DNA of 64,000 nucleotides from Eggerthellaceae bacterium (GTDB taxonomy: Bacteria; Bacteroidota; Bacteroidia; Bacteroidales; Bacteroidaceae). The position numbers and the translations under genes were made by a program. Shown here one piece after another: positions 1 through 9,303 of this stretch; positions within the stretch are counted from its first letter, which is position 1, and every line of letters starts with the position of its first letter. The notes below the pieces were generated by a model. That model was not told the origin of the DNA. It was given only the letters and a program-made list of their open reading frames with translations, and did not search any database. Location: the NCBI GenBank assembly GCA_963656105.1, contig CAVKHW010000002.1:78436-142435 (forward strand), in the 5' to 3' direction.

Positions 1-351
1 ACAGCTACGCTCGACTTCAATGTGGTGAAGGGGTTGCGCCCCACGCTTTATAGTGTGGCCGTGTCGCAAAACCCAGCCTCGACCTCCACCACGTTCATCA
101 TCAACCACGATTTCAATGGTTCGACTATGGATGTAAGGATAGAGGTGTACGACACAAGCGGTCGATTGTTGTGGACTCATTCCGAGAGTGGCGTGTCTAC
201 CAGTGGTGCTTACACTGTGGATTGGGATCTATGTCAGGACGGTGGCGGCCGATTGCAGACAGGAGTCTATCTCTATCGCGTCAGTGTGTCGAGCGATGGT
301 AGTTCCGAAGCGTCAAAAGCCAATAAACTCGTTGTCATTAACAATAAATGA
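1..351 (+). CDS. porU: T9SS sortase PorU, C-terminal fragment (5' truncated by window edge)
   Basis: Open frame from base 1. C-terminus is CTD-like (SQNPA...IEVYDTSGRLLW...WDL...GVYLYRV...KLVVI). Lies directly upstream of porV-ispF, the usual Bacteroidales order. Confidence 0.8.
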   Translation, partial: TATLDFNVVKGLRPTLYSVAVSQNPASTSTTFIINHDFNGSTMDVRIEVYDTSGRLLWTHSESGVSTSGAYTVDWDLCQDGGGRLQTGVYLYRVSVSSDGSSEASKANKLVVINNK

Positions 352-446
352 GCCTATATTGGCGTTTGAATAACAATTATAGATTTTGTCCGGTCCTTAC
401 GGTTCCGTCCGTTGTGGCCAGCAACCAAATACCAAAATATCAAAGC

Positions 447-1643
447 ATGAATAAGACCATGAGAATAATTGCGGCATGTCTTTTTGCCATGATTGTTGTG
501 CAAACCCGTGCACAAGACAAGAAGGACATATTTAACCCAGTCAACACGTCGGTAACTTCGCAGACCATTGCGCCCGATGCCCGTGCCGGTGGTATGGGTG
601 ACGTAGGTGCTGCTACCGACCCCGATGTGGTTTCGCAATACTGGAATCCTGCCAAATATCCGTTTACCATTAGCAGGGCTGGTGTGGCAGTCAACTATAC
701 GCCTTGGTTGCGCCAGTTGGTCAACGATATGGATTTGGCTTATCTTGCCGGCTATTACCGTATCGGTGACTACAGTGCCGTTTCGGGTTCATTCCGTTAT
801 TTCTCGCTTGGTGAGGTGATGATGGGCGACTACTCGTCGAGCACCAGTGGCAGTACGGCCAATGCGGGCAACACCATCAATCCGTATGAAATGTCGTTCG
901 ATGTGGCCTATTCGCTCATGCTCAGCGAGAAATTCTCCATTGCGGCTGCTGTGCGATGGATTTACTCCGACCTTACCTACGACTATACGCAAGACACCTC
1001 GCCCGGTTCGGCATTTGCTGCCGACCTCTCGGCCTACTATCAGAATTATGTCAACATCGGTTCGCACGAGTGTCAGTTGGGCTTGGGTCTTAACATTTCG
1101 AACATAGGTAGTAAGATCAAGTTTGGCGGCTACGACAACAGCGAGTTTATACCTACCAACCTGCGTCTTGGTGCAGCGCTGATGATTCCGGTCGACGAAT
1201 ACAACCGCTTTACCATTGCTGCCGATGCCAACAAGCTGCTTGTGCCCACCTACCCGAAGCAAAATGATGGTGAGACTACCGAGGATTACCAGCAGCGTGT
1301 GCAGAAGGATTATTACGATGTATCGAGTATTAGCGGTATCTTCAAGAGTTTCGGCGATGCACCGGGCGGTTTCAAGGAGGAGTTGCAGGAGATACAATGG
1401 AGTGTTGGCGCCGAGTACACCTACCATGACCAGTTCACCCTTCGTGCCGGCTATCACCATGAGAGCCAGAACAAGGGCAACCGCAAGTATTTCACAGTGG
1501 GTGGCGGTTTCAAGATGAGCGTGTTCTCGCTCGATGCCGGCTATGTTATAGCCACGGCCAAGAGCAATCCGCTTGACCAAACGCTTCGTTTCACGCTGAG
1601 CTTTGATATGGACGGAATCAAGGACTTGTTCAAACGCAGGTAA
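447..1643 (+). CDS. porV: T9SS outer-membrane shuttle protein PorV
   Basis: Signal peptide ending RA-Q; motifs IAPDARAGGMGD, WNPAKY, YTPWL, KGNRKYFT, NPLDQTLRF. Start reassigned to ATG 447. Confidence 0.92.
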   Translation: MNKTMRIIAACLFAMIVVQTRAQDKKDIFNPVNTSVTSQTIAPDARAGGMGDVGAATDPDVVSQYWNPAKYPFTISRAGVAVNYTPWLRQLVNDMDLAYLAGYYRIGDYSAVSGSFRYFSLGEVMMGDYSSSTSGSTANAGNTINPYEMSFDVAYSLMLSEKFSIAAAVRWIYSDLTYDYTQDTSPGSAFAADLSAYYQNYVNIGSHECQLGLGLNISNIGSKIKFGGYDNSEFIPTNLRLGAALMIPVDEYNRFTIAADANKLLVPTYPKQNDGETTEDYQQRVQKDYYDVSSISGIFKSFGDAPGGFKEELQEIQWSVGAEYTYHDQFTLRAGYHHESQNKGNRKYFTVGGGFKMSVFSLDAGYVIATAKSNPLDQTLRFTLSFDMDGIKDLFKRR

Positions 1644-1644
1644 G

Positions 1645-2130
1645 ATGACAAATATCAGAATAGGAATGGGCTACGACGTTCACCGTTTGGTGGAGGGGCG
1701 TGCCCTTTTTTTGGGAGGTGTCAAGATTGGCCACACCTTGGGTCTGCTGGGCCACAGCGATGCCGACGTGCTGATTCATGCGATATGCGACGCGCTGCTT
1801 GGCGCTGCCAACATGCGCGACATCGGTTACCATTTTCCGGATACATCGGCCGACACGTTGGATATGGACAGCAAGGTCATTCTTGCGCAGGTCGTTGCGC
1901 TGATTGCCACCAAAGGTTACCGGCTGGTTAACATCGACGCTACGGTATGCGCCGAGCGTCCGAAGCTCAATCCGCACATCCCGGCCATGAAGGCTTGCTT
2001 GGCCAGCGTGATGGGGTGCGATGAAGAGCAAGTGAGCATCAAGGCCACTACCACCGAACGACTTGGCTTTACGGGGCGCGAGGAAGGCATATCTGCCTAT
2101 GCCGTCTGTTTGGTAGAAAGGCAGGGCTGA
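1645..2130 (+). CDS. ispF: 2-C-methyl-D-erythritol 2,4-cyclodiphosphate synthase
   Basis: Motifs RIGMGYDVH, GHSDADVLIHAICDALLGA, KATTTERLGFTGREEG. Confidence 0.96.
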   Translation: MTNIRIGMGYDVHRLVEGRALFLGGVKIGHTLGLLGHSDADVLIHAICDALLGAANMRDIGYHFPDTSADTLDMDSKVILAQVVALIATKGYRLVNIDATVCAERPKLNPHIPAMKACLASVMGCDEEQVSIKATTTERLGFTGREEGISAYAVCLVERQG

Positions 2131-2315
2131 TAGTTTGCCGTCTGTAGCTCGTTCCCTATGCCTCAGCCGACAGCGGCTGTGGCCATTTGCCTTCGGGCGG
2201 TTCGGATTTTATTCTTCTCCTTATTGTACGATAAAAATGTTGCAACATGACTTGCCGTATGCAACATTTACAGGAAACCAATAATATTTAGCCGTCAATC
2301 CCATAATAGCGAAAG

Positions 2316-2361
2316 CAGAAGCCTCGCCGACAGGACATGTTTCCGTTGGCGAGGCTTTTGC
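2316..2361. terminator. Probable bidirectional intrinsic terminator between ispF and metG
   Basis: Inverted repeat GCAGAAGCCTCGCCGAC / GTTGGCGAGGCTTTTGC between convergent genes. Confidence 0.65.
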
Positions 2362-2397
2362 GTTGCGAGCCGTTGGTGTGCGGCCATTGCTAATGGT

Positions 2398-4473
2398 TTA
2401 TCCCACTTGGCTACCCGGTTTCACTTGTGCGAGCGTGGTGGTTACGTTGAGCGAACCGTCGAAATTGACGGCCGAGAGAATCATGCCTTGGCTTTCTATG
2501 CCCATCATCTTGCGTGCTGCGAGGTTGGCAATGAACAGCACGTCTTTGCCGATGAGGTCAGCCGGCTCGTAGAACTTGGCTATTCCCGAGAGGATGGTGC
2601 GGTCCTTTCCGCTGCCGTCGTCGATGGTGAACTGCAGCAGTTTGTTCGATTTCTTCACCTTTTGGCAGTCCTTGATGTGTCCGACGCGTATGTCGAGCTT
2701 TTCCCACTCCTCGAAGGGGACGTTGGGTTTCAGTGGCTGAGCCTTGTATTCCTTAGCGGCCTGTGCCTTCTCGTTGGCCTCCTTGGTGGCGGCCAGCTTG
2801 TCGAGCTGTTTCTGAATCTCTTCATCTTCTATTTTCTGGAACAGCAGTTGCGGTTCGTTGAGTTGGCTGCCCGGCTTCAGCAGGTCGGTGCGACCCAGTT
2901 GCGCCCAGTCGAATTCGTCCATGCCGATCATCCCACGGAGTCGTTTGCTCGAGAAAGGCAGGAACGGCTCGAAGGCGATGGCAAGGTTGGCCACCAGCTG
3001 CAGTGAGATGTAGAGTATGGTTTCCACGCGTTTCGGATCGGTTTTCCACACCTTCCACGGCTCGCACTCGGTGATATACTTGTTGCCGATGCGTGCCAGG
3101 TTCATGGCTTCTTTCTGAGCTTCGCGGAACTTGAAATTGTCGAGGAATTGTTCCACTTTCTCCTTTACGTCCTTGAACTCGTTGATGGCGTGGGTGTCGA
3201 CCTCTTGCAGCTCGCCACATTCGGGCACCACACCGTTCCAGTATTTCTTGGTGAGTTGCAGTGCGCGGTTCACGAAATTGCCGTAGATGGCCACCAGTTC
3301 CGAGTTGTTGCGCTCCTGGAAGTCGCGCCAGGTGAAGTTGTTGTCCTTGGTCTCGGGAGCGTTGGCCGTGAGCACATAGCGCAGCACGTCCTGCTTTCCG
3401 GGGAAATCCTTGAGGTATTCGTCGAGCCACACAGCCCAGTTGCGCGAGGTCGAGATCTTGTCGTTCTCCAGATTGAGGAATTCGTTGGCCGGCACGTTGT
3501 CGGGCAGGATGTAGTCGCCGTGCGCCTTGAGCATGGTGGGGAAGATAAGGCAGTGGAACACGATGTTGTCCTTGCCGATGAAGTGCACGAGCCGTGTTTC
3601 GGGGTCTTTCCACCATTTCTCCCACGAGCCCCATCGCTCGGGTTCGGCGTCGCAAAGCTCCTTGGTGTTGCTGACGTACCCGATGGGAGCGTCGAACCAT
3701 ACGTAGAGCACTTTGCCCTCGGCTCCCTCCACGGGCACGGGGATGCCCCAGTCGAGGTCGCGTGTCATGGCGCGTGGCTGCAAATCCATGTCGAGCCACG
3801 ACTTGCATTGTCCGTACACGTTGGGTCGCCACTCTTTATGGTTGCCGAGAATCCAGTCTTTCAGCCAACTTTGGTATTCGTTGAGTGGCAGATACCAGTT
3901 TTTGGTCTTGCGCACCTCGGGTTTGGCTCCGCTGATGGTGGAGTGTGGGTTGACCAGCTCCATGGGCGACAGGTCGCTGCCGCACTTTTCGCACTGGTCG
4001 CCGTAGGCGTTGGGGTTGCCGCAGTGGGGGCAGGTGCCCATGATGTAGCGGTCGGCCAGAAACTGGCGTGCTTCGGGGTCGTAATACTGCTCGCTCTCCT
4101 TTTCCACGAGCTTTCCGTCTTTATAGAGCTTGCTGAAGAAGTCGGCGGCAAACTGGTGGTGTATCTTCGATGTGGTGCGGCTGTATATGTCGAACGAGAT
4201 GCCGAACTCTTTGAACGATTCTTTGATAATCGCATGGTAGCGGTCGCACACGTCTTGTGGCGTGATGCCCTCTTTCTTTGCCCTGATGGTGATGGGCACA
4301 CCATGCTCGTCGGATCCTCCGATGAAGACGACGTCCTCCTTTTTCAGGCGGAGGTAACGCACATAGATGTCCGACGGCACATATACACCAGCCAGATGAC
4401 CGATGTGAACACCACCGTTGGCATAAGGCAGGGCGGCGGTGACAGTGGTACGCTTGAATTTCTTTTCTTCCAT
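2398..4473 (-). CDS. metG: Methionine--tRNA ligase
   Basis: [13 protein letters not shown] (HIGH motif), zinc knuckle CPHC...CEKC, KISTS, C-terminal tRNA-binding OB domain. TAATTTTG promoter on minus strand at 4504-4511. Confidence 0.97.
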   Translation of the reverse strand: MEEKKFKRTTVTAALPYANGGVHIGHLAGVYVPSDIYVRYLRLKKEDVVFIGGSDEHGVPITIRAKKEGITPQDVCDRYHAIIKESFKEFGISFDIYSRTTSKIHHQFAADFFSKLYKDGKLVEKESEQYYDPEARQFLADRYIMGTCPHCGNPNAYGDQCEKCGSDLSPMELVNPHSTISGAKPEVRKTKNWYLPLNEYQSWLKDWILGNHKEWRPNVYGQCKSWLDMDLQPRAMTRDLDWGIPVPVEGAEGKVLYVWFDAPIGYVSNTKELCDAEPERWGSWEKWWKDPETRLVHFIGKDNIVFHCLIFPTMLKAHGDYILPDNVPANEFLNLENDKISTSRNWAVWLDEYLKDFPGKQDVLRYVLTANAPETKDNNFTWRDFQERNNSELVAIYGNFVNRALQLTKKYWNGVVPECGELQEVDTHAINEFKDVKEKVEQFLDNFKFREAQKEAMNLARIGNKYITECEPWKVWKTDPKRVETILYISLQLVANLAIAFEPFLPFSSKRLRGMIGMDEFDWAQLGRTDLLKPGSQLNEPQLLFQKIEDEEIQKQLDKLAATKEANEKAQAAKEYKAQPLKPNVPFEEWEKLDIRVGHIKDCQKVKKSNKLLQFTIDDGSGKDRTILSGIAKFYEPADLIGKDVLFIANLAARKMMGIESQGMILSAVNFDGSLNVTTTLAQVKPGSQVG

Positions 4474-4559
4474 CTGTTTTTATTCTTTATATGTAATGTA
4501 GTGCAAAATTACTAATTTTTATTCACTTAATAGGGTATGTAAAGGGGTAAAATGACAAT

Positions 4560-5618
4560 TTAGCGGTTTGTCGGTCGCTTGTTTTTCGCCTTGTTGAGTA
4601 GTGCCATCATTTTCTCCACAAGGCGCGGCACGGCGTAGCGTGTCACCGTGGCTTCGTCCACCCACACATAGTCTGCGGGAAGAGTGGGGGGCGTGTCGGC
4701 TTCGAGCACGAATAAGTCGGCCACGATAATGCGGTGGGTCAGCACATGGCGCACCCCCTGCTGCAGGGCTGTGAGCTGTCCGTCGAAGGCTGGCAGCTGA
4801 CAGTCTTCGTAGACGGGCGGTTCCCACAGCCCCTGCCAGATGTCGCCTGCTCCCCGCTGGTGCAGCGCCACCTTGCCCTGATGGTGCATCCATACGTAGG
4901 TCATACGTCGTGTCCGCGTCTTGGTGGCCTTTCGTTTCACAGGCAGTGAGCCAGTCTGTCGTTCGTGCCGCGCCACACAGTGGTCGGCCAGCGGGCAGAT
5001 GTCGCATGTGGGCGATTGGGGTGTGCATACTGTGGCACCCAAGTCCATGAGCGCCGAGTTGGCCTCGCGCCATGGTGCATTTCTTGGTGGGGTGGTGGCT
5101 TGCAGGCCGAAGAGCCGCTCGCCGGCCTGTCTGAACTCGCGCTTGCCCTCAGTGCTGTCGATGGGAGTGGCAATGCCGAGCAACCGTGCAAACACACGGT
5201 AAGCATTGCCGTCGATGGCCACGGCGGGCTGGTCGAAGGCAAAGGCGGCTATGGCCGAGGCAGTGTAGTCGCCCACGCCCTTCAGTTGTCTGATGTCGGT
5301 CAGTGTGTCGGGAAAGTGGCCCAGAGCCACTATCTGCCGGGCGGCGGCATGCAGGTTGCGTGCGCGTGAGTAGTAGCCCAGTCCTTGCCAAAGCTTCAGC
5401 ACCTCGTCTTCGGAGGCTGCGGCCAAATCGTCCACGTGCGGAAAGCGTTGCATGAACCGTTCCCAGTAGGCTTGTCCTTGTGCCACGCGCGTCTGCTGAA
5501 GGATTATCTCGCTGAGCCAGATGGCGTAAGGATCGCGTGTGCGACGCCAGGGTAGGTCGCGCCCCCGATGCCGATACCAGTCGGTCAGAAGCGACAAGAA
5601 AGCCGCAGCGTCTATCAT
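4560..5618 (-). CDS. mutY: A/G-specific adenine DNA glycosylase
   Basis: Motifs RDLPWR, WLSEIILQQT, WQGLGYYSRARNL, HhH LKGVGDYTA, Fe-S motif CTPQSPTCDICPLADHC. ATG 5618 overlaps the fur stop (ATGA). Confidence 0.93.
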   Translation of the reverse strand: MIDAAAFLSLLTDWYRHRGRDLPWRRTRDPYAIWLSEIILQQTRVAQGQAYWERFMQRFPHVDDLAAASEDEVLKLWQGLGYYSRARNLHAAARQIVALGHFPDTLTDIRQLKGVGDYTASAIAAFAFDQPAVAIDGNAYRVFARLLGIATPIDSTEGKREFRQAGERLFGLQATTPPRNAPWREANSALMDLGATVCTPQSPTCDICPLADHCVARHERQTGSLPVKRKATKTRTRRMTYVWMHHQGKVALHQRGAGDIWQGLWEPPVYEDCQLPAFDGQLTALQQGVRHVLTHRIIVADLFVLEADTPPTLPADYVWVDEATVTRYAVPRLVEKMMALLNKAKNKRPTNR

Positions 5619-6040
5619 AGGTTTCGGGCGCAAGTGGGGCAGATGCCCTTTATCATGTAGTTCACTGTGTGCGGCAAGTAGCCGCCGGGCAGTGGCACCG
5701 AGGGTATTGGCGTGTCGTGGAAACAGAATATGCGGTGGCAGTGCTCGCAGTAGAAATGCACATGCCGGTCGTCGTCTTCGTCGCTATTGCCGTGGCTTAG
5801 GCACAGTTCGTATTTCACTCCGCCGTCGCCGTCCTCGAGCTGATGCACGAGGTGATGGTCGCGGAAGATGACCAAGGCTCTGAATATGCCGCTTTTGTCG
5901 ATGGTGAGGATACGTTCTTCCAGTTCGGTCAGCGAGGCGGGATGCTCGTTGGCTGCCAAGGCTTTTGTCACCACGATGCGGTTGGCTGTGGGCTTGATGC
6001 CGTGGCGTTCGAGTAGTTTTACACAGGTTGTTTCATCCAT
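5615..6040 (-). CDS. Fur/Zur-family metal-dependent transcriptional regulator
   Basis: GIKPTANR, IDKSGIFRAL, HVHFYCEHC and C-terminal GICPTC. Start reassigned to ATG 6040; TAACTTTG promoter on minus strand at 6134-6141. Confidence 0.88.
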   Translation of the reverse strand: MDETTCVKLLERHGIKPTANRIVVTKALAANEHPASLTELEERILTIDKSGIFRALVIFRDHHLVHQLEDGDGGVKYELCLSHGNSDEDDDRHVHFYCEHCHRIFCFHDTPIPSVPLPGGYLPHTVNYMIKGICPTCARNL

Positions 6041-6247
6041 TTCGTTGCTGGGTTTCGTTGTTGTCGGGAGGTTGAGGCTGCGGCCGCCTGAAGAGACATG
6101 CCAACAGTTGCGACCCGGTGTTGCGTCGTGGCACAAAGTTAAGCATAACTATCGGGATGGACAAGAAATGGATGCATGTAAAACATAAAAATAAACACGA
6201 CAAAAAGTTGCTTCATTAGGGAGCGGCGTTCAGTTTGCGTCCTTTTG

Positions 6248-6585
6248 CGCGAAAAACGCTTGTTTTCGGATGATTTGCGTAAATGGTTGATATACCGCGT
6301 TTTATAGTCTTGGATTCCGTTTCTTGAAACGGGTCGTAATCTTCGGTTTTGCGATAGGCGCCGAATGACATTGCGATAAGTGCCCATTCGCGTTGCGGCT
6401 GGTGTCATACCGTGACGGGATTGGTACGCGCTCGCATTGCGGAAGATGGTCTATGGCAAGTTGAAGTGTTGCAAACGGCAGTTTTGCGGGACAGCCAGCG
6501 CCGTGCGATGGCGCAAAACCTACAGGTTTTCCGTTCTGGAACGCATGTGCGTGAGAGGTCTGTTTTTCAGAACTTTCCTGACAAA
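6248..6585 (+). repeat. Dispersed intergenic element, copy A (GTAA-N5-TGA motif + 22-bp-period palindrome array)
   Basis: Units begin at 6351, 6373, 6395, 6417, 6439 (and 6505). Motif spacing identical to copies at 29318-29683 and 41295-41658. Confidence 0.7.
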
Positions 6586-6665
6586 TAGGCGTGGCCGTTG
6601 TCTGTAAGTCTGGCTTTCCGGCCGATACATTTTGACGACAAAACACGGAAAACCATTTGTTTTCC

Positions 6666-6696
6666 TTTGCCGTTCCGCTCGTTTAAGCTACCTTTG
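6666..6696 (+). promoter_or_regulatory. Bacteroidetes housekeeping promoter for thyX
   Basis: TTTG (6666-6669), 19 nt, then TACCTTTG (6689-6696), matching -33 TTTG / -7 TAnnTTTG. Confidence 0.7.
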
Positions 6697-6717
6697 CAGT
6701 ATACAAAACAATAGGCA

Positions 6718-7623
6718 ATGAAAATCATCCAACCACAATTTGAGATATGGCCGCAAGGGCCGGGCCTCGACGGTCTGTACCGACAGATAGAGCGTGTGGG
6801 GCGCGTGTGCTACAAGAGCGAGGACCACTGTACGCCCACCTCTGCACGCCCCTTCGTGGAGCGCATGCTGAAAAACCGTCATTTGGCCATGCTCGAACAC
6901 GGCACGGTTTATCTGCAGACCGATGAGCAGAGTAGTTGCTGCGCCCGATATGCCGCCAACAAGTTCTCGATGGTTCATGTCGTCGACGGGGTGGCTTATA
7001 TAACCACCAACCTGAGAGTGCTGGCCGAGAACGAATGGATGGACGATCTGCAGCAGTTGTGCGAGCCCGCCGTGCACCACGAGCGCCGCGTCACCGTGCA
7101 CTTCACCACACAGATAGCTATCACGCGCGAGTTCAACCGCCATCGTGTCGACTCGATGGCCGAGCAGTCGACCCGCTACTGTAACTATTCGAAGGACAAG
7201 TTCGACAACGAGATAGCTGTCAACTTGCCTCGCTTTGTAGCTTCGCTGCCGTCCGACGGGCTGCAGCAGAGCCTCACCGCGGGTGCTGTAGCCCCGACAG
7301 GTGCCGACCTTGTGGAGATGGCGCGCAAGGTGGCCACGGGCGAGGCCTCCGACATGGAGAACTGGCTCTTTGCCAATATGGCCGCCGAAAGGGCCTACAT
7401 GAACCTCGTGGCCGCAGGCCGCAAGCCGCAGGAGGCGCGTGTGGTGTTGCCGCTCGATACCAATACCGAACTGGTGCACACGGCCTTCGTGGCCGACTGG
7501 AAACACTTCTTCGACCTCCGTGCGCTGGGTACGACGGGCGCACCCCATCCCGATGCCAAGGCTCTGGCACAGCCCCTCTACGAGCATTTTGTGGAAGAGG
7601 GATGGATAGCGGACAACCAGTAG
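6718..7623 (+). CDS. thyX: FAD-dependent thymidylate synthase
   Basis: ThyX signature REFNRHRVDSMAEQSTRY; also HLAMLEH, QEARVVLP, WKHFFDLR, AHP-like APHPD. Confidence 0.9.
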   Translation: MKIIQPQFEIWPQGPGLDGLYRQIERVGRVCYKSEDHCTPTSARPFVERMLKNRHLAMLEHGTVYLQTDEQSSCCARYAANKFSMVHVVDGVAYITTNLRVLAENEWMDDLQQLCEPAVHHERRVTVHFTTQIAITREFNRHRVDSMAEQSTRYCNYSKDKFDNEIAVNLPRFVASLPSDGLQQSLTAGAVAPTGADLVEMARKVATGEASDMENWLFANMAAERAYMNLVAAGRKPQEARVVLPLDTNTELVHTAFVADWKHFFDLRALGTTGAPHPDAKALAQPLYEHFVEEGWIADNQ

Positions 7624-7691
7624 CCGACACATCGGGCATGCAGCCCACAAGAACAACAATACATCATGCACCATAAAGCAACTTTGAAAAC

Positions 7692-9218
7692 ATGAAACGA
7701 CATTACGCATTGTTACTCGCAGCCCTCCTCGTCTGGACGGCAGGCACGGCAAACGCCATAACGCGCCAGCGCCTGGCCACCTACGCCGCATCGCTGAAAG
7801 GAAAGAAAAAGGCCGAACTCAAGACGGCTCTCTACCAACTCATGAACGACGGCAAGAGTACGTTAGCCTACGGATCGGGATCGGCCAACACCTGGTGGGG
7901 CTTCTATGTCACCGACCGCGACCCGAAAACCAACGAGGTCATCAACCGATATAGCGGCGCGACATTCTATTTCGGTGACCGAGGCTCGGCCGTTACGGGC
8001 ATGAACATCGAGCACTCGTTCCCCAAGAGCTGGTGGTGCAGTACGAAGAACGCGGCCTACTGCGACCTCTACCACCTCTACCCGTCGCCCTCCGACGGCA
8101 ACAGCGCAAAGAGCAACTACCCCATGGACGTGGTGGCCAACGCCAAAACGCAGGAAGAAGGCTACGACAAGGTGGGCACTGCCACCCATGTCAACGGCAG
8201 TGCGTGGGAGCCGGGCGACCGCTTCAAGGGCGAGTTTGCGCGCAGCTACATGTATATGGCCGTGACTTACTCTAACCTCACGTTCCAAAAAGACGGACTG
8301 AAGACCATGGAGAAAGACGCATCGGGCTATCCCGGCATGCTGCAGTGGGCCACCGACCTCTACCGTGCGTGGAGCAAGCTGGACAAGGTGGACAGCACGG
8401 AGGCAGCGCGCAACAACGCTGTGGCCGACATACAGCACAACCGCAATCTCTTCATCGATTTCCCCTTCCTGTGCGAATATGTGTGGGGCGACAGTGTGGA
8501 CGTGGCTTTCGACCCCGACAATGCCCTCTCGACGGCTTCCGATGACAGTCGCTACGGCTCCTTCTCGCCGTCGCCGGTGACCCCCGACGACTCTACCGAA
8601 ACGGGCGACGGCTATGTCTTTGCCAAGCTGCAGCAGGTGATGCCTACGGCTGGCAAGCGCTACCTCGTAGTGGTCAGCTATGGCAGCCGACTCTATGCCG
8701 CCAAGCCCGTGACACTCTTAAGTGGCCGAAACTATGGCTATCTCTACACCGATGGCGTGATCGACGAGGACGGCCGGATTACGGTCACCGACGACACCGA
8801 TGCCTATACCCTTGAGGAAGCCGACGGTGGCTTCTATCTGAAGGACAGTCAGGGACGCTACTATTATCAGGACGGCACCTACTCGTCGTTCACACCGACA
8901 ACATCGGTCAGCGATGCCGACGTGTGGGAGGTGACTGCCAACGCCGACAGTACCTATACCATCAAGGCTTCCGACTCGGGCAATGTCATCATGTATAGCG
9001 GCAGTCACGCTTCGTTTGGCAACTATGGCGCAGACAAGCAGTCGGGCAACATCCTGCCCTATCTTTATGAGGAGCAGAAGCAGACGGACGGCATCGCGCA
9101 ACCTGCACGGACAGAGGTTGTGGCCGAGGCGGTCTTTACGCTGCAGGGTGTGCGCGTCAGCAAGCCCACCCAGCCGGGCATCTACATTCGAGGCGGCAAG
9201 AAGTTTGTGGTGAAATAA
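7692..9218 (+). CDS. Secreted endonuclease I-family nuclease with T9SS C-terminal domain
   Basis: Signal peptide; MNIEHSFPKSW, DLYHLYP, WEP..FKGEFAR, RNNAVADIQHNRNLFID; short CTD (VFTLQGVRV...GIYIRGGKKFVVK). Confidence 0.85.
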   Translation: MKRHYALLLAALLVWTAGTANAITRQRLATYAASLKGKKKAELKTALYQLMNDGKSTLAYGSGSANTWWGFYVTDRDPKTNEVINRYSGATFYFGDRGSAVTGMNIEHSFPKSWWCSTKNAAYCDLYHLYPSPSDGNSAKSNYPMDVVANAKTQEEGYDKVGTATHVNGSAWEPGDRFKGEFARSYMYMAVTYSNLTFQKDGLKTMEKDASGYPGMLQWATDLYRAWSKLDKVDSTEAARNNAVADIQHNRNLFIDFPFLCEYVWGDSVDVAFDPDNALSTASDDSRYGSFSPSPVTPDDSTETGDGYVFAKLQQVMPTAGKRYLVVVSYGSRLYAAKPVTLLSGRNYGYLYTDGVIDEDGRITVTDDTDAYTLEEADGGFYLKDSQGRYYYQDGTYSSFTPTTSVSDADVWEVTANADSTYTIKASDSGNVIMYSGSHASFGNYGADKQSGNILPYLYEEQKQTDGIAQPARTEVVAEAVFTLQGVRVSKPTQPGIYIRGGKKFVVK

Positions 9219-9248
9219 CGCTTCGCCAACCGAAGCCATTCAAAAAGG

Positions 9249-9279
9249 GCCATCTCCGTCATGCCAAGACGGGGATGGC
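9249..9279. terminator. Probable bidirectional intrinsic terminator
   Basis: GCCATCTCCGTC-N7-GACGGGGATGGC between convergent genes. Confidence 0.65.
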
Positions 9280-9303
9280 TCTCAATCGTTTCCAAGTGTT
9301 TGT

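Noticed and set aside
2235..2269. Short palindrome/inverted repeat AAATGTTGCA...TGCAACATTT
   Set aside because: Lies between convergent genes with no promoter to regulate; too short to distinguish from chance.
6139..6646. ORFs of 89 and 114 aa (and 29501-29758, 41332-41700) overlapping the dispersed elements
   Set aside because: No recognisable motifs, translations not similar between copies, and the 22-nt period is not a multiple of three.
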